Source: an uncultured Verrucomicrobiae bacterium (GTDB lineage: Bacteria; Chlamydiota; Chlamydiia; Chlamydiales; Rhabdochlamydiaceae). Taken from it: a stretch of 64,000 bases of DNA. How positions within the stretch are numbered: position 1 is the first letter of the stretch; every line of letters begins with the position of its first letter. Shown in pieces: positions 19,817-28,701 of this stretch. Under the pieces are notes generated by a model. That model ran no database searches. It was not told where the DNA came from and worked only from the letters and a program-made list of their open reading frames with translations. The stretch lies in assembly GCA_963718565.1 (NCBI GenBank), contig OY970364.1:1376001-1440000 (forward strand). Direction: 5' to 3'. Position numbers and translations under genes: made by a program.

Positions 19817-21634
19817 ATGAGAATAGCGCACCAGGTATCTCAAAATTTTCAAAGTTTCTGCGATCTTTTCCGCTCTCAGGTTTCAAAAAATCCCGAAGCA
19901 ATAGCAGTTGTCTTCGAGGAGAATTCTCTGTCATATGCAGAGCTGGACAAGAGATCTTCTCAATTAGCGAACTTCTTAGAGGAAAATAATGTTAAATCAG
20001 AAAGCATAGTTGCATTAAGCCTCCACAACAGCATCGAGCTTTTAGTTGGGATGTTAGGCATTATTAAATCGGGAGGGGTTTATCTCCCAATCGATCCGAA
20101 TTATCCGAAAGAAAGGATTGAATCAATAATCAGAGATTCTAACCCAGTTCTTGTGTTAACGGAGGATAAATTAAAAAGCTTATTCCTTTCATTTCCATGC
20201 AAAGTCGCTCTAGTCACTGAAATCCCTTATAGTGATCTCATTCACAAAAAACTCATCAAACCCGATCATGCAGCTTATGTCACCTATACTTCTGGGTCTA
20301 CAGGAAAACCAAAAGGGATTGTGATGGAGCATCGAGCTCTATCACATGCAGCTTTGTGTTATCAGAAATTGCATCCAGACCGGCTGGTTTCGCTAGTGGC
20401 TGGTAGTATAAGCTTCGATGCGGGTTTGCTCGTCATTTCGCACACTTTATCTCTTGGAGGGATGGTGTGCATCCCTAAAAATGAAAGTGTTGTGGATCCT
20501 CAATATTTCATTGAGTTAATCCAAAAACACAGCATCAATTATACTCTCTGCGTTCCTTCCTTTTATTTGATGATATTGAGTAAATCACGAAAATTGCCTT
20601 CTTTGCTTTGTGTTGATTTGGGAGGAGATACTCTTCCGAATGAGCTGCCCGCCCTTCATGCTGAGATTGCTCCCAACGCGATTCTACACAACGTCTATGG
20701 ACCTTCGGAATACGCTGTGGGTGCCACATTTGAAAAAATTTACGATCCCGCAAATAAGCAATTCAATAGAATTTCTATTGGAATGGCTTTGCCCAACACT
20801 CAAGTCTACATTTTGGATGAAAGCTTAAAAGAGGTTGCTCCTGGAATAAAGGGCGAAATTTACATTGGAGGCGAAGGGCTTGCCAGAGGCTATCTGAATA
20901 GAGATGTTCTTACAAACGAAAGATTCCTCTGGGTCACTTTTCTGGGGCGATCCCCGATTCGCCTATACAAAACCGGAGATTTTGGCCGATTTTTATCCAA
21001 TGGAAATATCGAATTCCTTGGCCGAATGGACCATCAAGTGAAAATTCGAGGATACCGTGTAGAGATGAGAGAAGTCGAACACGCCATTTCTCAATACCCG
21101 GATGTAAAAGAAGTTGTCGTGATGGCCCAAGAGGGACAATTAATCGCCTATTTCTGTTCTAAGAATGAGATTTCGAAGAAACTGCGCATTTATCTTCAGG
21201 ATATTCTCCCTCAATACATGGTCCCTTCTGCCTTCATTCAGATTGAAAGTTGGCCTCTGACGCCCAATGGAAAAATAGATAGGAATGCCCTAGTTGCACC
21301 GCTGAAGGGGGCATCTTTTGAACGGCCCCTATCCGAAATGGAACGAACACTATTTCAAATCTGGAAGCAGGTGTTAGGCAACGATAGATTTGGGACAAAG
21401 GACAATTTTTTTGAGCTGGGAGGTGACTCGCTCCAGATTGTGAATGTACAGACAATTCTCGAGGAAGCAATCGGGAAGAACATAAGCATCGCAGTACTTT
21501 TCCAGTATCCAACGATTTCCCAACTTGCAAACTATCTTTCAACAGATGAAGCTGTTCCGCAGAAAAACCACGAACGTAGGGAAAAACAAAAATCTGCTTT
21601 TCAACACTTTAAAAAATTCCACAATCGAGAATAA
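19817..21634 (+). CDS. Stand-alone NRPS module, adenylation plus thiolation (A-T)
   Basis: LSYAEL, YTSGSTGKPKG, SFDAG, NVYGPSE, GEIYIGGEGLARGYL, YKTGD, GRMDHQVKIRGYRVE, PLTPNGKIDR and PCP motif NFFELGGDSL. Confidence 0.95.
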   Translation: MRIAHQVSQNFQSFCDLFRSQVSKNPEAIAVVFEENSLSYAELDKRSSQLANFLEENNVKSESIVALSLHNSIELLVGMLGIIKSGGVYLPIDPNYPKERIESIIRDSNPVLVLTEDKLKSLFLSFPCKVALVTEIPYSDLIHKKLIKPDHAAYVTYTSGSTGKPKGIVMEHRALSHAALCYQKLHPDRLVSLVAGSISFDAGLLVISHTLSLGGMVCIPKNESVVDPQYFIELIQKHSINYTLCVPSFYLMILSKSRKLPSLLCVDLGGDTLPNELPALHAEIAPNAILHNVYGPSEYAVGATFEKIYDPANKQFNRISIGMALPNTQVYILDESLKEVAPGIKGEIYIGGEGLARGYLNRDVLTNERFLWVTFLGRSPIRLYKTGDFGRFLSNGNIEFLGRMDHQVKIRGYRVEMREVEHAISQYPDVKEVVVMAQEGQLIAYFCSKNEISKKLRIYLQDILPQYMVPSAFIQIESWPLTPNGKIDRNALVAPLKGASFERPLSEMERTLFQIWKQVLGNDRFGTKDNFFELGGDSLQIVNVQTILEEAIGKNISIAVLFQYPTISQLANYLSTDEAVPQKNHERREKQKSAFQHFKKFHNRE

Positions 21635-21636
21635 CC

Positions 21637-24375
21637 ATGGACCAAATTCCAGAACATGCCATTGCAATCGTCGGTATGTCAGGCAGGTTTCCTGGCGCTC
21701 ATAACATTGAAGAATTTTGGGGAAATGTTCTTCACAAGAAAGAAACGATTACCGCTTTCACCGACCAGGAGTTGTTTGAATCGCGAATTCAATCGCCCAA
21801 TTATGTAAAAGCCAGAGGAATTTTAAAGGATGTCGAGTATTTTGACGCAGATTTCTTTGGAATTCCGCCTCTAGAAGCACGGCTTACAGACCCACAGCAT
21901 CGAATTTTATTAGAATGCGCATTAGAAGCATTGGAAAATGCTGGATATTGCCCCGACTCTTATTCAGGTTCGATTGGGATTTATGCAGGAACGTCAAGGA
22001 GCACTTATTTTCTCAACAACATCCTTCCGCATCGCGATCTCATGGAGACAATGGGTGACTATCTCGTGCGGATTGGGAACGAACAAGATTTTTTAACGAC
22101 AAAAATCTCTTACAAGCTGAACTTAAAAGGTCCAAGCCTGACGGTACAGACGGCTTGTTCGACATCCCTTGTGGCCATTTGCACAGCTTGCAATCAACTC
22201 CTCACCTACCAATGCGATATGGCCCTGGCGGGAGGAGTGTCCATTTTTATACCTCAACATAGTGGTTATGAATATCAAAAAGGGATGATCTTTTCACCCG
22301 ATGGCCATTGCAAACCTTTCGATGTTGATGCTCAGGGAACAGTCCCGAGCAATGCCGCTGGCATTGTTGTTTTAAAAAGATTGGAAGACGCTTTAGAAGA
22401 CAAAGATCACATCTATACTGTCATTAGAGGCTACGGCATGAATAATGATGGCGGGGGAAAAATGAGCTTCTCTGCTCCTAGCGTCAAAGGGCAAGCCGAG
22501 GCAATAGGGGCTGCGATTTCTATGGCTGGAATCGATCCAGAAACGATCGGGTATGTGGAAGCGCATGGCACAGCAACCCATCTAGGAGATCCCATAGAAA
22601 TGGATGCTCTTACTAAAGCCTTCAGAAGCCATACTCAACGAGATGGTTTTTGTGCGATTAGTTCTGTCAAAAGCAACATTGGACACTCTATGGAGGCAGC
22701 TGGAGTCGTTGGATTCATCAAGGCTGTTCTAGCCTTGAAAGAAAAAATAATTCCGCCCGCGCTCCATTTCAATACTCAGAACCCGCAAATTAATTTTAAA
22801 AATTCCCCTTTCTACGTGAATACTGAACTGAAGAATTGGTCTCCTGGAATCGCCCCGCGGCGTGCGGGCGTGAGTTCTTTTGGCATCGGTGGAACAAATG
22901 CCCACATGATTCTCGAGGAAGCTCCGAACGTCAAAAATTCACGTGAAGTAGAAGGCCCCCACCTTTTAATTCTATCGGCAAAAACGAATTCCGCATTAAA
23001 TGCAATCACCCGCAACTTATCAAATTATTTAAAAGAGAATCCTGAAGTCTGTCTAGCCGATGTTTCTTTTACTTTGCAAATGGGCAGAAAAGCATTCGAC
23101 CATCGACGCGCAATTGCCTGTCGGAATCGAAGCGAAGCGATCGAATCATTGCTAACTTCTGATTCTAAGCCCTTCGCCCCGCAAACATCTATGGAAGAGT
23201 ATGTCTCTAATACAGGAAAATCATGGGCATCAGGAGAGATCATCGATTGGCAAAATTACTGGGTCCATCTAGAAAGAAAGCCTTCCCGCATTTCTCTTCC
23301 GACTTATCCTTTCGAAAAAAAAAGGCACTGGATCGATCCGCCCATAACAACAACTGTACCACAACGATTTGAAGCTTTTCCCCAAAACTTAGAGCTTGCC
23401 TTGCTAAACATTTGGAAGAAGTTTTTGGGAATGGATAGTATCGGAATCCATGACAATTTTTTTACTTTAGGTGGAGACTCCCTTTTAGCGATCCAAGTTA
23501 TCACTCAAATACAAGATGAAATTGGATTTTCCGTAAGATTGCAATCGTTTTACCAATTTCCCACTATTGCTGAGCTTGCCGAAGTCATTTCCCAACAACT
23601 AGATTCCAATTCCTGCATTGTCCAATTAAAAAGCGGAGACGAACGTTTACCCCTTTTTTTAATTCACGGTATAGATGGCAACATTTTTTCTTTTAGATCT
23701 CTTGTCGATTCAATGTCTTATAAGGGGCCCATTTTTGGAATCCAGGATAATAGTTTTGCCAAAAAGGATGTGAAAATTGAAGAGATGGCTTCCTCATACA
23801 TTAGCGAAATTAAGAAAAAATACCCTGATGGACCTTATCTTATTTGCGGCTTTTCATTTGGCGGGATCATCGCTTACGAAATAAGTCGGCAGTTACATCA
23901 AATGGGGAATTCACCCAAATTTATTGGGATGATAGATACGATAAACCCTCAATACGACTCTGTGCCTTTAAGCAATGATTTGGAGATGCTCACCTTTTTA
24001 ATTGAACTTTTGGAGGGAAATGAAATTTCCCGTGAAAAGAATTTCTTAGAAGAAAGATTGTTAAAAAGCATGGGAATGGATGTTTTTCCTGAAAATGAAC
24101 GAAAAAATTACTTCGAGCGAGTCCAATGTTACTTAAAATCATTAAAGCACTATTTTCCAAAAGAGAATCATCAGGATCTGACATTTTTCGAGGCTAAGGA
24201 TCGCTTCATCCGCATGAAGGACATTCCCTTGATCACCACTTGGCGATCGTTACTTAAAGGAGCTGTAACCGTTCGTGAAATAACAGGCAATCATTTAAAT
24301 ATTTTAAAGCCCCCTCACCTCAAAAATCTTGCCCATCAATTGGATCTTTCTCTTGAAGAAGCTCTGAAAAAATAA
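21637..24375 (+). CDS. Type I PKS, KS-ACP-TE, lacking an acyltransferase
   Basis: KS triad VQTACSTS, EAHGT, NIGHS; the post-KS linker runs almost directly into LPTYPFEKKRHW; ACP motif FFTLGGDSL; TE motifs IHGIDG, GFSFGG, GNH. Confidence 0.93.
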   Translation: MDQIPEHAIAIVGMSGRFPGAHNIEEFWGNVLHKKETITAFTDQELFESRIQSPNYVKARGILKDVEYFDADFFGIPPLEARLTDPQHRILLECALEALENAGYCPDSYSGSIGIYAGTSRSTYFLNNILPHRDLMETMGDYLVRIGNEQDFLTTKISYKLNLKGPSLTVQTACSTSLVAICTACNQLLTYQCDMALAGGVSIFIPQHSGYEYQKGMIFSPDGHCKPFDVDAQGTVPSNAAGIVVLKRLEDALEDKDHIYTVIRGYGMNNDGGGKMSFSAPSVKGQAEAIGAAISMAGIDPETIGYVEAHGTATHLGDPIEMDALTKAFRSHTQRDGFCAISSVKSNIGHSMEAAGVVGFIKAVLALKEKIIPPALHFNTQNPQINFKNSPFYVNTELKNWSPGIAPRRAGVSSFGIGGTNAHMILEEAPNVKNSREVEGPHLLILSAKTNSALNAITRNLSNYLKENPEVCLADVSFTLQMGRKAFDHRRAIACRNRSEAIESLLTSDSKPFAPQTSMEEYVSNTGKSWASGEIIDWQNYWVHLERKPSRISLPTYPFEKKRHWIDPPITTTVPQRFEAFPQNLELALLNIWKKFLGMDSIGIHDNFFTLGGDSLLAIQVITQIQDEIGFSVRLQSFYQFPTIAELAEVISQQLDSNSCIVQLKSGDERLPLFLIHGIDGNIFSFRSLVDSMSYKGPIFGIQDNSFAKKDVKIEEMASSYISEIKKKYPDGPYLICGFSFGGIIAYEISRQLHQMGNSPKFIGMIDTINPQYDSVPLSNDLEMLTFLIELLEGNEISREKNFLEERLLKSMGMDVFPENERKNYFERVQCYLKSLKHYFPKENHQDLTFFEAKDRFIRMKDIPLITTWRSLLKGAVTVREITGNHLNILKPPHLKNLAHQLDLSLEEALKK

Positions 24376-24425
24376 TTTTTTTGTTTTATTTTCTTTTTCA
24401 AAGAAATTTCCTATGGAATATCAGT

Positions 24426-24458
24426 TTAGATCAGATGAAACAGGTCGCGAAGCAGGGC
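24426..24458 (-). pseudogene. Inverted relic of an RMD1 3' end
   Basis: Encodes ALLRDLFHLI*, identical to the peptide at 12471-12503, with 6 synonymous differences in 33 nt. Confidence 0.8.
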
Positions 24459-24468
24459 CAGTTTCTAT

Positions 24469-24532
24469 AATGCAAAGCCTGGCATGGATCCAAATGACAT
24501 TCAGTGCTTTCCATAGGTTTTTGAGGACGTAC
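24469..24532. repeat. Family I repeat, half copy
   Basis: Near-identical (1 mismatch) to 63825-63888: AATGCAAAGCCTGGCATGGATCCAAATGACATTCAGTGCTT.CCATAGGTTTTTGAGGACGTAC. Confidence 0.85.
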
Positions 24533-24645
24533 CCATCTAGATACTATACTTAGTCACCGCTATGCTTTTGAAAAGATGGCATAAAACAATGGCCAAAGAA
24601 CATAGGCATAGAAAAACTTTCTAAAATACTCTTGACTTCTTACTG

Positions 24646-25152
24646 CTATTTAGCCTCTTTCTTTTTTTCCCTTAAAATGGCCCGGCTTAAATGTTCTTGA
24701 AGGTCCGTAAGCGCAAGTGAAATGCCATGGTTAAAGTGGTTTTTAGCCATCGTTTGAGTAATATCATTCATAACCAGCCGCAGTCTTTCATTTCTATCAG
24801 ATCGCGTGGACGTAAGCGCTTCTTCCGCATCACTGTAAATCTCATTGTAGATGAACAATTTTTCTTGCGTTTTAGAAATACTTTTTAAGTGAGTTGACGC
24901 TTCGGTAAGTCTCAGTGAAATCTGCACACATTCATCGATGTTGAACAAAACAGTTTTCGAATAAAATGCTTGGACTTTTTCCTGCAGGTCCAGAAATTGT
25001 TGCCGTTCTGTTACAGCTACTTGATGAACTGCAGGCAATTGCTGTGCAATCGGCATATTCGAAATTTGTTGATTAATTTGAGCTAACTTTTGCTGCAATT
25101 GCGTCACTTCTAACAAGAGCTGGCTACTAGTAATTTGAGACATCATGGCCAT
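24646..25152 (-). CDS. Hypothetical helical protein, paralog of the upstream gene's N-terminal domain
   Basis: QLLLEVTQLQQ, ASTHLK.IS.TQEKL.IY.E.YS shared with 25184-26461; GGAG RBS before ATG 25152. Confidence 0.75.
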   Translation of the reverse strand: MAMMSQITSSQLLLEVTQLQQKLAQINQQISNMPIAQQLPAVHQVAVTERQQFLDLQEKVQAFYSKTVLFNIDECVQISLRLTEASTHLKSISKTQEKLFIYNEIYSDAEEALTSTRSDRNERLRLVMNDITQTMAKNHFNHGISLALTDLQEHLSRAILREKKKEAK

Positions 25153-25183
25153 GGAAATTCTCCAGGGTGTTGTCTTCACGCTT

Positions 25184-26461
25184 TTAGATTCCCCAAGCTG
25201 ATTTCAAGCTGTTTTGGATTTCAACAATCGATTGAAGTTTGGTCTTTTTTTCTGGCCCATTAGTAAAAATTACAAAAGCATTTCTTCCGAAATCTCCATG
25301 AAATCGAGAATCATCAGGATTTATTAGAGCTGGGTTACTTTTTCTGGATTCAGTATGTAATCGATACAGGTTTCCAAAAAGAGCATGGGCGATATTCCTT
25401 TCATTTGGCAAGTTGACTTCTTCAAGAACCTTCAAAAATGCAGAGGTCGCGTGGGCATCCTCGGAATTAACCGCACCTTCTAGTCCAGACAGGGCTTTAA
25501 GGAGTACACTTGCTCCAACAACATCGGGTGTTTCTCCTTTGAGAAGAATTAGGGCGTCTTGTAATTCTTTTATAGATGTCTGTAAAGTCACCATCCTGTT
25601 TTCTTCTGGCTTAACCGGAATTGGAGTGACTTGCTGAGAGCCCGGGCTTGTTGCTGATAGGATCGCTTTGAAGTCTGCCATCATTTGTTTGGATAGAGCT
25701 TCATCTGTGCGGGTTAGTAAAATGTGGAGATTACTGAACGTATTGAAAACGGTATTGTACATGTGAAGAAACTGTGTATCTTCTTTTAAAGAAGGATTTG
25801 CATTAGAAGCAATTCTCAGCTTTTTGAAGAGATATAAAAGCCGCCCTTGGATGTCTTCAGAAGAGCCTTTTTGTTGCATCCGTACATCGTATTCTTTCCT
25901 AAGCAAACCCAGATCAGAATTTTGTGAAGTTGAAAAATTTTGAGGGGTAATAGGAGTTTTATGCTCTTCCTTTTTTCCCTCTAAAGTAGCCCGGATTAAT
26001 TCTTTTTGAAGGTCTATAAACGCAAATGCAATATCACGATTAAAGGTGTTTTTGGTCGTTGTTTGAGTGATATAGCTCACGACTGACTGCAATTTTTCAT
26101 TTCTATCAGGTTGTGTGGACTTTAGCGCCTCTTGGGCTCTACTATAAACTTCTCTGTAGATCAACAATTTTTCTTGTGTCGCTGAGATGTTTTTCAAATG
26201 GGTTGACGCTCCAGCAAGTTGCTGTGAAATTTTGACAGAATCAGTGATATCGAACAGATCCGTTTTTGAAAAGAACGTCTCTACTTTTCTATGCAGTTCC
26301 TGAAATTGTTTCTTATCTTCAGCCACTTTATCAATTGCAGACAATTGCTGTTTGATCGGCAACTTCGAAATATCTTCATCAGTTTTAGCTAATCGTTGCT
26401 GCAGTTGTGTAACTTCTAATAAGAGTTGTTTGCTAATCACTGAAAAAGTAAGTGCGGCCAT
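25184..26461 (-). CDS. Hypothetical helical protein (effector-like)
   Basis: 425 aa ORF with AGGAG RBS; no recognisable catalytic motif. Confidence 0.8.
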   Translation of the reverse strand: MAALTFSVISKQLLLEVTQLQQRLAKTDEDISKLPIKQQLSAIDKVAEDKKQFQELHRKVETFFSKTDLFDITDSVKISQQLAGASTHLKNISATQEKLLIYREVYSRAQEALKSTQPDRNEKLQSVVSYITQTTTKNTFNRDIAFAFIDLQKELIRATLEGKKEEHKTPITPQNFSTSQNSDLGLLRKEYDVRMQQKGSSEDIQGRLLYLFKKLRIASNANPSLKEDTQFLHMYNTVFNTFSNLHILLTRTDEALSKQMMADFKAILSATSPGSQQVTPIPVKPEENRMVTLQTSIKELQDALILLKGETPDVVGASVLLKALSGLEGAVNSEDAHATSAFLKVLEEVNLPNERNIAHALFGNLYRLHTESRKSNPALINPDDSRFHGDFGRNAFVIFTNGPEKKTKLQSIVEIQNSLKSAWGI

Positions 26462-26561
26462 AAAAAATTCTCCTGTCTATAATTGTGCATGTTGTTTCAG
26501 TACAGAGGAACTAGATTAATCTTCTTAAGGGAAATTTTTCTAGCATTTAATCACCTGGACT

Positions 26562-26735
26562 TATACCGAAATGAACTCAAGATTTGGTTTTTGGCTACGT
26601 CGGGCAGCCACTGTATTTGAGCCCACCTGCATCGCACAACTTATTCAAGTTGTGCTGCTTCGGCGTCGCATACGCTGGCTCAAATTCAGGGCGCCTCCTT
26701 GCCAAATTCCCAAATCTTGAGTTCATTTCGGTATA
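26562..26735. mobile_element. Family B ERIC-like MITE, 174 bp
   Basis: TIR TATACCGAAATGAACTCAAGATTTGG / CCAAATCTTGAGTTCATTTCGGTATA; central hairpin GCACAACTTATTCAAGTTGTGC. Confidence 0.92.
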
Positions 26736-26808
26736 GGCCAAGATTTGAACTGATTTCGCGAGCGTCAGCGAGTGAAATTAGTCCAAAGTCCAGAATCACC
26801 AAGCTTTT

Positions 26809-27018
26809 ATGCGATTTTTATTGTTGAAATTGATCCAGTTGTATCAGCTTTGTATTAGTCCTTTTCTGGGACAATGCTGTCGATTTTATCCTACGTGTTC
26901 AGATTATGCGATAGAAGCTGTTCACAAGCATGGCTGCTTAAAAGGGATTTGGCTCGCTGTGAAACGCGTCGTCAAATGTCATCCTTGGCACAAAGGCGGG
27001 GTGGATCATGTTCCTTGA
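26809..27018 (+). CDS. yidD: Membrane protein insertion efficiency factor YidD
   Basis: YQLCISP...[11 protein letters not shown]...HG..KG.WL..KRV.KCHPW.KGG.D.VP. Confidence 0.92.
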   Translation: MRFLLLKLIQLYQLCISPFLGQCCRFYPTCSDYAIEAVHKHGCLKGIWLAVKRVVKCHPWHKGGVDHVP

Positions 27019-27025
27019 AGCGGAC

Positions 27026-27197
27026 TATACGGCGCGCGGTTAGGTTTGGCGAATTTTGACTCTGCGAGACGAAGCAAAAGCGAAGCGAAGCGGCCGAACG
27101 AGCGAGACCATTGCTGAATAGCAAGGCAAGCGAGAAGGATCGATTTGGCAAAGTCGCAGCCTGTCAAAATTCACCAAACCTAATCGCGCGCCGTATA
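27026..27197. mobile_element. Family E MITE, 172 bp (related to family D)
   Basis: TIR TATACGGCGCGCGGTTAGGTTTGGCGAATTTTGAC / GTCAAAATTCACCAAACCTAATCGCGCGCCGTATA. Confidence 0.9.
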
Positions 27198-28454
27198 TCT
27201 CTTTTCAGTTTTTTCCGGAATTTCGAGCTGTTTGCCTGGGCGCAGTTTCTCTGTGTCCATCTGATTTAAGCGCATGATGTCTTCGATACCGACGTGGTAT
27301 TTGCGCGCAATTTTCCAGAGGCTGTCGCCAGGTTCGACAATGTGTAACTTCCTTTTGGGCTTTACAGGTAATGGTGCAGAGATTGGGGCTTTTGTCGGAG
27401 TGATCGCAGTAGGAGGTAGCTGTTCGATAGGCTTGGGAGCCAGTCGAGGAAGAAAACGTTGGAGTGCACGCTCGTGACTGTAGGGTTCGGGAAAGGGCTC
27501 GCCGGCAAGGGAAAAAAGGATGAAAGCGGCGTGTTTCCTCATGGTGTCGGTGCGAGGAGATGCGAGCAGCTCTTTAGCAATACTTTCCAAATGAGAATTT
27601 TTATCAGGATACACATCGAGAAGGGTCAAAATTTGGGCATCATCGAGGCGTTTGGAGATAAAATCGAGATCAGAATCGAGAAGGATTTTAGCGGCAAGCC
27701 TAGAATGGTGATTGAGATATTCGAGAAGAAGAAGGCGTCTGCGATCGGGAGACAAATCTAAAGAGATGCGCTGCTGCTCCGTGAATGCAGAAAGGGTTTT
27801 CCATTCGCCATCGCAAATGAGATCGATGATCTGCTCGCGGGTAATATTGATCCCAGTTTTGATGAGAAGCGTGTAAGCGGCATGATATTCCTGGGAAAGA
27901 TAAAACGCATCGAGAAGCATCGGATCTCTGGGGCTGGGCGAGCGTTTTAATTCATAGAAAAGACCTTGGCTGGTCAGAGGCCATTTTTCTGTTTTCGCAT
28001 AGTGGAGGATCGCCTGAAACTGATAATCGGCAAGGCCTGGAAAAACAGGGACGTCGATGGTTTCTTGTCCTTCACTGTTGGTGAAAGGGATCGTTCTTTT
28101 TTGAAGAATTAGGCCGCCAAGGGCTTTGTCAAGGTTGAAATGGTGAAAGGCGACAAGACAAGCCAGCGCTAAATCGCGTCTGGTCAAACCCTCTTCGATC
28201 AGATCTTTATTCTCGAGGCGGAGCAGAAGCTCTTGATAAGGAAGGAGAAAATAGGAACGCAAGAGTTGTGAATTCGTCGCAGGGGCTGAAAATTCTTTTG
28301 GGGCGGGTTTGAGCTCGATCGCCAAGGTCTCTTGTTTTTCTTTCAGGACAAAATAAGCAAAAGTCGCGACAAGGCCGATATTCAATGTGCCGCTAATAAT
28401 AAGAGCCTGCGTCAGCCATTTGGTGCGGCGTGCCCAAGAATTATCGTGAAGCAT
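27180..28454 (-). CDS. LysM-domain membrane-anchored protein
   Basis: N-terminal TM; C-terminal HIVEPGDSLWKIARKY...LRPGKQLEIP. Confidence 0.9.
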   Translation of the reverse strand: MLHDNSWARRTKWLTQALIISGTLNIGLVATFAYFVLKEKQETLAIELKPAPKEFSAPATNSQLLRSYFLLPYQELLLRLENKDLIEEGLTRRDLALACLVAFHHFNLDKALGGLILQKRTIPFTNSEGQETIDVPVFPGLADYQFQAILHYAKTEKWPLTSQGLFYELKRSPSPRDPMLLDAFYLSQEYHAAYTLLIKTGINITREQIIDLICDGEWKTLSAFTEQQRISLDLSPDRRRLLLLEYLNHHSRLAAKILLDSDLDFISKRLDDAQILTLLDVYPDKNSHLESIAKELLASPRTDTMRKHAAFILFSLAGEPFPEPYSHERALQRFLPRLAPKPIEQLPPTAITPTKAPISAPLPVKPKRKLHIVEPGDSLWKIARKYHVGIEDIMRLNQMDTEKLRPGKQLEIPEKTEKRYTARD

Positions 28455-28494
28455 GAGTCATCCTGATATTCGAAAAAGAGGGAATTTAGTATAG

Positions 28495-28665
28495 TAGCCT
28501 GAGTTTTGGGTTCATTTTATAGTAGATTGTCGTAGGTTTCGAGGCAATTTTTGCAAGTTTTGGCGCGTTCAATAGTCTGGAGGCACCTATGGGCGCGCCA
28601 AAATTTGCAAAAAGTGCCCGAAAGATACGGCAAGGTACTATGAAAGGAATCCAAAACTCAGGTTA
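28495..28665. mobile_element. Family F long-hairpin element, 171 bp
   Basis: TAGCCTGAGTTTTGGGTTC...GAATCCAAAACTCAGGTTA; self-complementary along its length; homologous to the copy at 34031. Confidence 0.85.
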
Positions 28666-28701
28666 ACAACAAACTTGCATGTTAAATTTTTCCACACTTT
28701 T

